Positions 1-15,684 of a stretch of DNA of 64,000 bases are shown here, in pieces; the stretch's first letter is position 1; each line of letters begins with the position of its first letter. The notes below the pieces were generated by a model that saw nothing but the letters and a program-made list of their open reading frames with translations, ran no database searches and was not told where the DNA came from. Made by a program: the position numbers and the translations under genes. The DNA lies in NCBI RefSeq assembly GCF_009914755.1, contig NC_060926.1; one strand, written 5' to 3'. This stretch comes from the human T2T-CHM13v2.0 reference genome, Homo sapiens.

Positions 1-1064
1 GATTGGAAGGCTAACAGGGCAGGTCACCCTGGAGAGACAGGCTCAGCCTCCCCTGAAGGGCCACAGTGTCTTCCTCCTTTAAGGAGACAAGGTTACTCTG
101 ATGCCCACCTCTTCCTGTAAGGCCTCCTTGATTAATCCCTCCTTCACAGGGGTAGAAAAATGAGAGTACTATCTTTCCAAGAGGACACTGCTCTCTTGCT
201 GATCAGAAACTTTTGTAAGGTCTAGAAAAATATTTTCCTCCATTGACTCCACTGCCTCTATCCACACTGACTGGATGAGAAGCGCTGGCCTGTTGTTAAA
301 GGTTCCAGGCTAGGAATCAGCAATTTGCAGTTGCAGTCCAAGTCCTGCAGGAACTTGGGAAAGTGGTTTCTCTGGGCCTCAGTTTTCCTCACTGTTAAAA
401 TGGGAGAATATGCTTGCCCCAGCTCTACCCCGAAAGTGGAGCAGCAGCAGTTGACATTTTTGACTGCAAAATGTGTGCCAGGCACGGAGCCAAGCCCATC
501 ACACCCAGCGACGCAGAAATTCTCTCAGTAACCTTGTGTGGAAGACACAATGGCGATTTCCATCTTGCAGGTGAGGAAACTGAGGCTCAGCTGGGTCTGT
601 CAGTACCCTAAAGTCATATAGCTGAGTGATTCCAGAGCTCCTCCTCTCAACATTGCACTTTATTGTTCCAAGTAAAAGATTGCATTCAATCCTGTTCAGT
701 TACTCAGTCATCTAGCATTTAGATGGCACCAACTGCATGCAGCCACTGAGTAAGCCACAGCCTTGATTTAAGTATCTTGTGGCCGCCCAGCTGGCACTAT
801 GTTGGGGAAGGTGGGGGGCGGGAAGCAGGAGAGTTGCTGCTCCCCAAGAGCCTGGAGGTGTGGGGAAATGGGGCTCAGCCACGGGAGATTGTGAATACAG
901 GTTCTGCCACCAGCCACTTCTAGGCGTGGCTGCATAACCGTGGATGATTCACTTAACCTCTGTCTGCTGGGGTTCTGGCTCCCATAATGGTTAGAACACC
1001 ACCTTCTAGGATTGGTTCAAGGATGGCATGGCATAATAAGAACACTTTGAGGGAGGGGGTTTGA

Positions 1065-1392
<328 letters not shown>

Positions 1393-2695
1393 ATGGCCAT
1401 TATTCTTAAAACGAGCAACTGGAGAACAGGGGACTATTGAGCTTGGCCAGATGTCCAGCTATGTATCCACAGGGGCCTCAGGAGTTTTCAGAGTGGGGAG
1501 CAAGGCCTCTGGCCTGGAGCAGACAGGGCTGCTTCCTAGAAGAGGAAGCCTCAGGTGCCAGGCTGAAGGGCTGGAAACTGGGAGCTGGTGGGAAGGAAGG
1601 TGTCTGGGCCAGGATGTGGAGCGGGGCAGGGAGGAGGTGCGCCTTTGAGTGTATGTGAGAGAGACAGAGACAGCTGGCCCTGAGGCCACCGTACAGGTGT
1701 GAACAGGTGAGCCGTGAACCCCATGCTGATTCTTTGCAGGGCAAGGGGCTCCTATGCCAGGGAGAGGCCTCTGGGACACAGGAGCGCTGTGGGGTAGGGA
1801 AGCCTGCACGCCTCACACGTGGGGGATGCATGGCCTGCAACTGACCAGAAGAAGCCCAGTTAGGCCCTGGCTGGGCTCTCCTTTGGTGCTATCCCTTGGG
1901 CCAGTATCAAGAGCTGCAGATGTGCACGCCTATGGAGCTCTTGGGAGCCTCAGCCCTCACGCCCCCATCATCACCCCCCAGCCAGCCCACGGGGCCTCAG
2001 GTGGCGGGAAGGCAGGACCGCAGGGCCTGTGGCAGGGCAGGGAAAGGCACGGAATGGTGTTTACATTTTCCCTCCTTCCCTGCTGGCCTGGCGGTTACAC
2101 CACTGCGGTTTGTTGGCCCCAGGGAGCGCCTCCCTTACATAACGCCTGACATAACCGCCCTAAAACACACGCATGGCAACTCCCACATAGCACCACACAT
2201 GCTGTCATGCCGGCTCACCCCCCCACACTCACACACACTCACAGAGCCACACCGCAGCCTCACGCACTCACACACACACACCCCTTCCCACACACGCTGT
2301 CATCCCAATGCTGTCATTTCAGAAAGGATTTCTTTTGCTCCCACCACCCATCACACAGGCAGGGCCTCCCCGACGTGGCTTCAGTGCCTCTGGTTCCTCA
2401 GGCCCCAGGAGCCCTGAGCCCACTGGGACTGCTCCAGGCCTCGCCTGGGTCTCCCAGGTGGCAGCCTCAGACTGTGGTGCCAGCCTAGGCAGTGGACGAC
2501 AACAGGGGGACTTGAGAACAGGGCAGGGAGTCGGAGAAAGACCAGAGTCCAGGCTGGAGCCCCTGAGATGTGGACTCCAGAAACTCAGAACAGGCAGTGG
2601 GGAGGGACAGACAGGGAGGGACGCGGCCTCCGAGGTATTATACTTAGTGCAACATGTTACTACGAGGGCAGGCTTCAAGCATTTAATGCATGATG

Positions 2696-2830
2696 GGCCA
2701 GGCGCAGTGGCTAACGCCTATAATCCCAGCACTTTGGCAGGCCGGAGGATGGCTTGAGCTCAGGAGTTCGACACCAGCCTGGACAACATAGCGAGACCCC
2801 CTGTCTATAAAAAATAAAATAATACTATAA
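2696..2830 (+). mobile_element. FLAM/Alu monomer
   Basis: Left-arm Alu sequence with A tail. Confidence 0.85.
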
Positions 2831-3316
2831 ATTAGGAAAAATGCATGTGACCCTCCCAAGAAACACGTGAGCCACACTGTGACCCATGCATGCTACTTCT
2901 CGGGATTCATCTGATGGAGATATTCACCCAAGGCCCTGAGTTAAAAAAACGTTCATGCTGCAATGTTGGTAAAAGCAAAATAATGCAGAGCCTCCCTGTC
3001 CATCCCCTGGACCCTCACAAACAGAGCCACATGCAGCCATGTTCCAATGCCCTAAATGATAGGTCAGGGGAGAGAATGACCCCATTTTGTGACTGAAACC
3101 ATATATGAATGTGTGTGTATAAATATTTGTAGATAGGTGCCTCACCAGATCTCTGGAATGCCTTACACAAAGTGGCCACAAAGTGGCCACATTTGCTGAG
3201 TGGGCCTGAGGAGGAAGGTTAAGGGGGCCTTTTCCACTTGCACGTATTGGGATTCACTGCAGCTGTTGGAATATTCATAACAAGCAGGCATGAGTTCCAA
3301 ATAAGAGGAAAAAATT

Positions 3317-3763
<447 letters not shown>

Positions 3764-3894
3764 TCAGGCAAGCATCTTTCATTCTCTGAGCTCCATTTTC
3801 CTCATCTGTCCAATGGGAGCGAACAGGGCCAGTCTCACAGGGCAGATTGGTTTTGTCGTAGAAACAGTTACTGAAGCCCTTCGAGGAGCCAGGC

Positions 3895-4700
3895 TTGGGG
3901 GCTGCAAGGAGGAACACAATGTTCTTGCTTTGAAGGAACTGACAGGGTAGAGAGGAAGACAGACATAACCAGTTGTTGTGGGATGCTGTGATATGTGCTC
4001 TGATAAAGGCCTGGACAGTGCCCCGGTGGGGCCAGGGTTGGGTGGAGAGGCTAGATCTGAGTTTGAGATTCAGCCTGGGCTGACCGCGGAGGGAAGAGGC
4101 GAGGAAGCAGGGGGTCACAAGGGGATGTCCCAGGCAGGGGTGGAAGGAAAGTAAAGGGCCCAGAGTGTGAACAGCATCTCTAGGAATCCTTGGTGCTCCC
4201 GAGCAGCTAAGAAGCAAGGAGCATAGGCAGAGGAGGGAGGTTTTTCCGGATCCCAGAGCCTCCTTGGACTTGAACAGTGGGTGGTGGGACCCTGTGTAGC
4301 GTCCTAGGGCAGAGAAGAGTATGATCACCCAAGTGCTTTACAACCTTGCTCTAGAGGAGTGGTGGCCTGGAAGAGGACCAGCCAGGGCTCCTGGTTGACA
4401 AGGTGTCTGGGTGAGCGTGGGGCAGGCCTGAGTTGCAGAGGAGCTAGAGACAAAGGGGGCAAAGTCAAGGCCTGGTTAGAAAGCAGAGTCATGATGGTTG
4501 GGCAACCTATGAGGGAAGGGGTAGAGGGAAGTGAGAGAAAAGACTGGGGAAGCGTGCCAAGTTCTGGCATGGGTTCCTTGAGAGATGTGGTGTCACATGC
4601 TTGGGGACAGGGACAACTGGAGGGGTTGGTGTGAGGTGCATCTGGGAGGAGGTGGGTCCCAGACTGCTGAGTGGGGCTGAGAGATGCCAGCACGTGTGGG
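3895..4700 (-). mobile_element. Degenerate L2 remnant
   Basis: Resembles the reverse complement of the L2 3' region; by eye. Confidence 0.45.
3911..3925. promoter_or_regulatory. Candidate glucocorticoid/androgen/progesterone response element GGAACAcaaTGTTCT
   Basis: Near-perfect IR3 palindrome. Confidence 0.5.
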
Positions 4701-4904
4701 CAGTTAGGCAGAGCTCAGTCCCTTCCCCTCTCCACTGGCACTTTCAATCTGCCAGGTGGAGCAGTAGTTTGGGAATATTCTGGAGTCTCTTGGCTTTTGG
4801 AAGGAAGGAGAACCAGCAAGGACATCATGGGGGTATCCCAGGACCTGCTGCTGGAAGCATCTTTCCTTCAGCTGTTGGTATTTTAATAGAACATTCTAGA
4901 CTCA

Positions 4905-5085
4905 CAGTGCTGTCCAACAGAACTTTTGTGATGACAGAAATGTTCTGTGCTGTTTAATGCAGTAGCCCCTAGCTCCATGTGGCAACTGAATACTTAAAAC
5001 GTAGCTATCTAGTATGGCTGAGGAAGTGAGTTTTACATTTTGCTTACTTTTAATTAATTTAAATCTAAATGGCTACACGCACAGC
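4905..5085. mobile_element. MER3-like hAT DNA transposon
   Basis: cagtgctgtccaacagaact start; ttaattaatttaaat core. Confidence 0.7.
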
Positions 5086-5214
5086 TACAAACCCTGGGAG
5101 TTTGGTGGGGGCAAACCATGGGGCCTTCCTGATGCCCATCAGATTGGATGCCTACTGATTAGAAGTGGAAAAATACCCCAAAATGGTAATAACAAACAAA
5201 CCATAAATATAGCA

Positions 5215-5690
<476 letters not shown>

Positions 5691-6185
5691 GAAGTTCAGA
5701 TTTGCTTGAGGTCACGCAGGTAGGAGGCAGCACTGGGCTGAGATTTGATTGCAGTCCAATGGGAGCCCCTGCTTGTAACCCCTTAGGGCCAGGCCCTTCC
5801 ACAGCCATGGAGGTAATGCCTGCCCAAGCTCCCTCCGGTCCCAGCCCCTGCAGCGGCTCTGGACCTACAGGGCTATTGTTGGCAAGCTCCTGCCTGTCAG
5901 CCCCACAGACTCTCTGGGCCCCCTCTGAGAAGCCTGCTGGATGGAACATCCAGGGACCAGCCATGCTGAGCCTCTCAGCCAAGAAGGATTTGGGTTTGCT
6001 TTGGTGAGAATCGACACCAACAGCCCTATTGGCACAGCGCACGCTCAGGGAGGTGTCCTGGGTTCTTTCTTTTCCAAGTGCTAGGTAGAGACCCAGAAAC
6101 TGGCAAGTCTCCAGAGGGGTGCCCCTACCCCTTCTCAACCTTAAGTTTCTCATCTATGGAATGAGAGGGCTACACTAAGTCATGG

Positions 6186-7077
<892 letters not shown>

Positions 7078-7707
7078 TTATAGACAGGTGGGAGTAAAGC
7101 AGGAAGAAAGGGGTCAGGAAAGCAGCCTGTGGCATTTGAAAGAGCAAAAGCTTAGATTCCTTTGGATTCTTCCTTGACATTTCCTACCCCATGGCCGCAG
7201 GCATATAACAACTCCTCTGAGCTCAATTTCCTCATCTTTGAAATGGGAATAGCAATAGGACTTCGGTCTTGGGTTGTTATAGGACTTCATTAACATATGT
7301 AAAGCTTTAGTATATAATAGGAGCTCCATAAATAGTAGCTATTAGAATTGTTAAGGCATTCTGACCTGGAGAACTGTGAGCTTGGGCCAGGGTAGGAGGG
7401 GTAGCAGAAGGGGATGAAGTGTTCTATTACTAATAATAGCAGCCAGCCCGTGCTCCTCAACACACCACCTCCAGGCCCTGGGCAAGGCACTTTACATGTA
7501 TTATCCCACTTAATCTTTATAACAGCAACTACATATTAACCCATTTTTCGAATGAAGAAACTGAGTCTCAAAGAGGCTGTGAACTGTGCTCAAGGTAACC
7601 CAGCGAGTAATTCGCAGCACCTGAGGATCCATTGCCCCCATCTGACTCCAGAGTCCCAGCTCTTTCCATGTGTGATAACCCTCTGCGCTCTGCAGTGAAA
7701 AACACAA

Positions 7708-8845
<1,138 letters not shown>

Positions 8846-10267
8846 CTCCCTGAAGGCAGGAATAACACCTGTCAGCTCCCCTCTCTTAGCCCAGTGCAGG
8901 CATTTACTAGACAATGGAGAAGTCTCTGTGGGATGAATGAAAGGGCAGGGCTGGGCCAACAGACCCAGTATCCTGCCCCACTGCTGTGTGGGCTGAATGC
9001 GGGGGACCATGGAGGGGGATCTGTCTGTAAGTCTGAATCCCACCAGCTCTGGCCCTCAGCAAAATCTGCCTCCACCCTGCAGCCTCACCGACTTCCATCT
9101 GCATAACATGTGGCCCTGGATGTCAGTTAAGTCCCACCCAACTCTGGGACTAGATGTCAGTCTGGGCATCTTATAGGTGCTCAATAAAGTCCTGGCACAT
9201 TGGCGTGGTGGGAGCTGAAGACTCCACAGCTGCCAGGCCAGGGAGAAACCACCAGGTAGCAGAAGATCATGTGGCCACATGCCTCAGCCAAGTTCCTCTC
9301 CCCTGACGTGCACCCCCCTCTGCTCAGGTTATTAGTGGTGCAGGGGAAACAAACAGCAGGTTTCCAATTACCCCGCAGCCCCTTCTCAAGTGGTGCAGGA
9401 CTCAGACTGCCCGCCTGCAAGCAGTCACCACACCAGCAAGCAGTCACCACGGGAGCGGAGGTGGGATTTAGTAAGACAAGGCCCTCGGTCTGCATTTCAA
9501 AGGCCCGGGTTCCCTCTCCCCATAAAACCAACACTGAGCGCACTGGAGGGGACACAGGCGGCCCCACAGCCGCCTGGCCCCCTGCAGAGGGGTCACCGGG
9601 AATTCTGTGTTTCATCAAATATTGCTGGGCCATGGAGTTTTATTTGAAAATAATTTTAATTAGCCGGAAACTAGGAGTTTAATAAATGGAAAACAGAGAA
9701 CTTTCCAAGGCCACAGCTGGGAAACACTTGGTTTTTTAAAAATTCCGCCTGGCGTCCCAGACCAGCTAAGCACCCTGACACGAGGGCCGGAGGAATCCAC
9801 AAGAAAAACAAAGCTTATTTTTAGAGAAATATTTTAAACTTGGTTTCAGCGAGCTCAGGAGTTTTCTTGTCTGTCTCGAGTCCTTAATATCTTTCCTTCT
9901 ATTTCAGAGCTGCCTCTCGCCCCAGAGGGCACAAGAGCTGCTATCTGACAGGAGCTATTTCTGCCCAGATGAAAATAAAAGGGCCCCTCCCCCTTCCCAC
10001 AGAGTGAATTCTTTCTAAAAATGTCCCTGCAGACAGCCAGCGGCACCAAGGCCTGTCCTTGGCAGGTGTGCCCAGCAACAGAGGTGAGTCTGGGGTCCCT
10101 GCAAGGCAGGGGCCCACTGACCACCCTCCCACCCAGCCCTGCCCGGCCTGCTGCCCTGCAGGAAGCGGATGCCAGCCTGGCGGTCATTTCCGGGTTTTGA
10201 AAGCAGTTTTTAAACTTGAAAGAGCCATGCTAAAAAGGTCTGCTTTTCCTCCGTAGGTGTTGGTAAC

Positions 10268-10424
10268 ACCCACATACAGACACACCCACATGCACACCGC
10301 AGCAGACACATCCAGACCCAAATACACAGCAACACTTACAGCTGCTCACCCCCCAGAGAGCCACACACCTACCCACACACAGCAGCAGCTACACACAGGC
10401 ACACCCAAACCCACTCCCATAGAT

Positions 10425-10455
<31 letters not shown>

Positions 10456-11030
10456 AGACTCAGACATACCCCAAGGACCCACATACCTACCTACACAGCA
10501 ACAGACATACCCAAACCCCCACCAGCCCTCACACACATCCACACATACTTACACACAGACACACCCATGTATACCAACACACACGCCCCTGCGTACACAC
10601 CAACCCCCACATCACAACAGACACACCCACACCCAGGCACACCCCAAAGATCCACATACCTACATAGCAACAGATACACCCAAACCCACACCAGCACTCA
10701 CACACATCCACACACACTTACACACAGACACACTCACATCCAAACACAGCCATACCCACAGACCCTCCCCCCACATAGCCTCCACATGCAGAAGCACACA
10801 GATCCACACACAAGTACTCCCCTAGGGCGACATCACACATGCAAACCCCTGAACACCTGCAGACGGAGCAACACCACAAACCTCTGCACACCCACAGACA
10901 GAAAAGGACGCAGAAACACGTACTAATACACTTCCCATACAGGCGCACCCCTCAGGCCTCCACACACGTGCACGGCATGCATGCGCGCGCGCACACACAC
11001 ACACAACACACACAACACACACACACACAC
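10268..11030 (+). repeat. CA-rich low-complexity tract with an internal duplication
   Basis: Degenerate (CA)n; His/Thr-rich spurious ORFs. Confidence 0.9.
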
Positions 11031-13765
11031 TCTTTCAAGGTCTAGCAAAACCCATCAGGAGAGGTTGGGCCCTGGAGGTGCTGTGGCTTCCTGCTGCCCC
11101 GCTCCCTCCCGCCTCCTCCCTGCAGGGCTCCTCCTGGGGAGGCCTGTCCAGCTGCCAGGCCCCGCCCCGCCACAGCCCCCGCTGTCCTCCTCCCTCCCTC
11201 AGCCGTGCCAGCAGCGGCACAGAACTGGAATTGCCCTGGACGGCCACAGCTCTGCATATCCCCCAGGAGTGTGGACAAGAAAAAATAAACACAATTAGAG
11301 TTCACGACAATGGGCCCCTGATGGAAGGTAAGCCCGGCTAGCCTCTAAGGGCTGTGCCGGCTCCCACGAACTTCCAAGGCCGAGGACGGTGCCGAGACCC
11401 AACTTCCGGTCTCAAGAAAACTTGGTGAGAGTCACATCCGCCCTCACTTGTCACCACAAGCAAAACTGAAGGAGAGCGGGTGTTTGGGGACGGTTCCTTT
11501 CCGAGGTTCAGTGCTCTCTAGCGGGCTTCCTCCCTGCACATGGCCACCCTGGCGTTTTTCTGAGCGCCCCCAGGCAGGTTTTAGCACCGAGCATTCTAGT
11601 GCCGGGCCAGGCTGGCGGCCAAGAGCTAGGCCTGCTTGTTTTTCCTGCGTCGGGCCCACCAGGCCTGGCTCTGTCATCCGGGGTCCTGAGCCACTGCAGG
11701 GCTCACAATCCTCCATCTATTCCCTGGGGCTGGTGCAGAGCTTTGGCCTTCTGAATAGTTTTTTTGTGTGTGCTTTTTTTTTTTCTTTTACACACCCAGC
11801 AGTAGATTCAGACAGCATGAGGGGTGGAAAATGTGTACATGCACACATCCTTTCTCTGAAATAAGTTAGAAGGTGGCACACACTAATTGGGCTGCTTAAA
11901 AAATACCTTAGTCTTCAGACATCCAGTGGAAACGCCACGATGAAGACATTCTAAACACCATCACATTCTGGGCTCATTTTCACAACTGACTACGGAGGAA
12001 TTTTCTCCTGTAGTTTCTAAGTGCAACTCAGTCTTAGAGTCAACAGTCCGGGATGGGAATTTTGGTTTGTCATTACTTGCAATCTTTACTTCTATTTCCT
12101 TAATTTACAAGAAAACTTTTCTAAGGGTGATCAAGCAACGGTAGAGGTTTTTTTGCTGTTAATTTCCAGGCGCTGCAGGAAGACAATGACAGTACCCTCC
12201 ACTGATCTGGGGCAAGAGGAAATTTCTGAATGATCCCCCCGTAGCTTTCCACGCTCCACTGGGTCTGCGATACAAAACTTCAGATCCTAACAGTTGGGCT
12301 TTTCAAACAAACCAGTTTTTAAAAATGAATGTGGCTTACCCCCAACATTCCAGCTGATCAAAAGTACTTGTTTAGAAAAATAAGTTTAGGAATGAAGTGG
12401 AAACAAGGCCTTTGAAATGCAGCTTAACCTAAATAGCACATTTTAGACTTTTCCTCCCCACTGCACATTCTTTATGGTGTAGGGGCCAGGGAGCCTGCAG
12501 TCTTCACCCCTCCTGAGCCCTCCTTGGCCTCGGGCTTCCTCTCCCCTGCTGCTGAGGCCTTCAGTCAGGGGCTGGCATCTGGGAGAACCTTGAAACTGTT
12601 TCCCATCCCCTTTGGCAGCAAGCAACAAGCACCAAAACGCTCCAGTTAACACCAGTGCAATCATCGTTAACGTGAAACAGCTGCCCGAGGCCTGGCGTAT
12701 CCACCAGACCGCCCCCTCCCCTCCATGCTCAGCTGTGAGTCACCAGAGACCCCGGCTAAGGCAGGGCCCGGGAGGGAGCGGGGATGCGAGGATTGTTGAT
12801 GGAGCCCAGCTGTTGTATATGAGAAAGCAAACTATTGCTAAATCTCTTACCTACCTTGGAAAAAGTGTCTGAACTGTGTGCATGAGGGACGGCGGTGGAG
12901 GAGAAGAAACATGAATTGATTTATGAACCCGATTTAAGTTCCTAAAGTGATTGTTTTAAAGTTAGAAACAGCCAGAGTCACTATAGTAAGATTTTGTTCA
13001 ACCGTTTGCGAAATCAGCAGGCAAATCAATGTCTTTTTTTCCTTCCTTTTTCTAGAGACCTGGGTTGAATTTGCTTTCTGGTCACTTACAGTCCTCTAAA
13101 GCACAGACAAGAAATCTTTTTTGCATAAATAACTTGTATGTGTTCATTCCCAGAGGAAGTTGTCCGCATAAGCAAACATCACCCAGATATAAGTTTAACC
13201 TCTTTAATCTTCCCCTCCACCCTGTCCACAAGGACATACCAAGCTTTCCAAAATCCAGGCAGAACTCCAGTTCTCCGACCCAGAAAAAGCCTGGCCTCAC
13301 TCTCCACCTCCAGCTCAGCACTCAGGCCTGGCAGGCCACCGGCTGCAGAAAGATCCTCCTCCCCTTCCCCACCCAAGCAGTTGTGTTTCCCAGCAAAAAA
13401 TCGGACCCTCAGCTGCTACCGCAGCCACATGATCCACTCAGTGACTCACAGGCAGGCCACACCCCTTCAGGCCTCCCGGCCAGGCTCTGCTCCCAGCCAG
13501 CTAACTCTGGGATGCATCTTATTACCAAAGGGAACAACTAGCTAACTAATGCCCTTGACAGTCCAAATAATTACTTTCTTTCATTAGAAGAACTTGCTTA
13601 TAAAATATATACGGGCTGAGAGGACGCAGGCTCTTCTGAACTCTGGCTCTGCCAGCTCTCCAAGTCCTCCCCCACCATGCCAAGACCTGGGGAATGGCAG
13701 ACATGGTTAGCTGGGAAGCTAGAAAGCTAAGACATTCCTGTTTAAAAAGAAAGCTCTTACATGTT

Positions 13766-15684
13766 AATACCTTTTTTTCCCAAAAATTTTATTGGGGGAA
13801 AACTACAAAACATTTACAGTACAATGTTTACAGTCACAATTTGTAGTGAGCTGATTCCCCAAAATATATTACAACTCAAGTTGACTTATCTTGTTACATT
13901 CAAAAACCTACTTCTGTCCAAAGTAGTCCAGAGAGTACATATAGTGCTCCAACTGTACCTACGTACAAACTAAAGCTACCGCTCATTCATCTGCTGTCCA
14001 GGAAAGCTTAGGAGACATTCCTGCCTTTCTACATGGAAAAAAAAATAGTACAAGTTTTGGAATTTTCTGTAATTAAACAAGGCATATTCATGTACTACAT
14101 ATTTCAGCACTAAGGCGGTTGCTTCACTTTATATCTATATAAAAAAAGTGGTAAAAATCTTTTCCTTTTGTGCAGTTGAACCCATCCTACATTCAGATTC
14201 TCTCAAGCACTAATAAAATACTTATTTGGTTGAGGAAGATTTAAGGCAAGTTCGGGCCCTTCCAAAGGCACTGTGAGACTCCCCCCCCACTCCCCGTTAT
14301 TGCTACATGTCTTTATACTCGAGTATGTCACAGTAGAACTGGTGGAATAAGCAAACACTTTTTTGCTAGTTTATAAAGTTGGAATTAGAAAAGCATGCCA
14401 CATTTCAGCCTGATTGCAAAGTATGTGGTCATTTTTTTCTTTGAAGTTGGATGGGCTACAACCTTTATACATTCTAAGAAAACTCATAGGATGTTCCTCA
14501 AACTACTTCCACAGCATCAAGATCGATTTCTGTCAAGAAATCATGCAATCTTTCAAAATTTACGTAAACAAGGAAAGAAATTAATGAAATAAATATTACA
14601 TACAATCTCTTAAATTAAGAATTTTGTACTCATTTACAATAAAATAACCAAGTGAAGTTACAAAAGGCATATATTACTGTGAAAAGAACATACACTCCAC
14701 ATTTTGCCGATTAATAATGGCAATCATAATTTAACATAATAAAAGAATATATATCTATTGCTTTTCATCATACTTGATAAATACAGTATGAACAAAATTT
14801 TCATTGTATACTTTTCACAAGATAATAAATAAGTTAAATAGTTTTCATATTGAGTTGTGGTGCAGTGGTGCGAATCAACTCAAAACAGCTAAAAATTCAG
14901 CAGTTATTCTCCAACAATTACAAAGTAAGCTCTGCGCAAGGCTTCCAGAGGGAGCAGACAAAATGGTTCTAAACTGAACATCCACTAAGTGGTGGCAATG
15001 AAACCAAGTAACCAGTATGGACCTTTGGAATGCAAGGGTTTTTTCACCCCCAGACATATATAATTCTGTTAAAAAACAAAAAACACCTATGGGCTGAGGG
15101 CTAACTATCAAGGCATATTCTTGGCAGAATATATTGGATTTTAAAAAGCTTATAGGTTTAGCAAGGTGGCGGCTGGCTGGTTTGTTTACACCGGTCTGAG
15201 ACACAATTAGGAACTTCTTCCAAGAGAAGGGTTCCCACATCTGGACTTAACTAATGCTGTTCAAGTGAAGAGATGGAATGGTGGTTGGTAGCTGCTGGTG
15301 CTGGGTTGATTTTTCCTGAAGTCCCAAACTCATCGGAGTCCTAACAAAGTTTAAGTGTTTTTTTTTTTTTTTTGTTCTATTCGTATCACAACTGCCCTGT
15401 TGTGAATATTTTGTTCAACAGAAAAAGTTCGACTTTTTTGCTCAAAAAGAATGAAACTTCGTAATAAAAATAAAAAAAAAAAGACAAGAGGAAACCGAAA
15501 AAGGAGGGGTGGGGGCCCCTCCCGGCACAGAGTTCGAGTCCAAGTGCTCGGTCGGGCTTGCAGTCTGCCTAGGGCCCATGTCACCCCCCCCACTCCCGTG
15601 CCCCCAGCAAGGGCGAGATGGCGAGGGGTGTCCTCCAACATCTCTGAACCGCCTTCCCTTCCTCCTCACTGGCGCCCTCTTGCC
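13766..15684 (-). other. ZFP36L2: ZFP36L2 3' UTR (~1.9 kb, AU-rich)
   Basis: Transposon-free AU-rich sequence from the stop codon to AATAAA at 13793-13788; cleavage site approximate. Confidence 0.85.
13788..13793 (-). terminator. ZFP36L2: ZFP36L2 polyadenylation signal AATAAA
   Basis: tttatt on the + strand; four TGTA elements just upstream; U-rich sequence downstream; implies a ~3.7 kb mRNA. Confidence 0.85.

Noticed and set aside
10257-11045. His/Thr- and Cys/Val-rich ORFs
   Set aside because: Translations of CA/TG low-complexity DNA.
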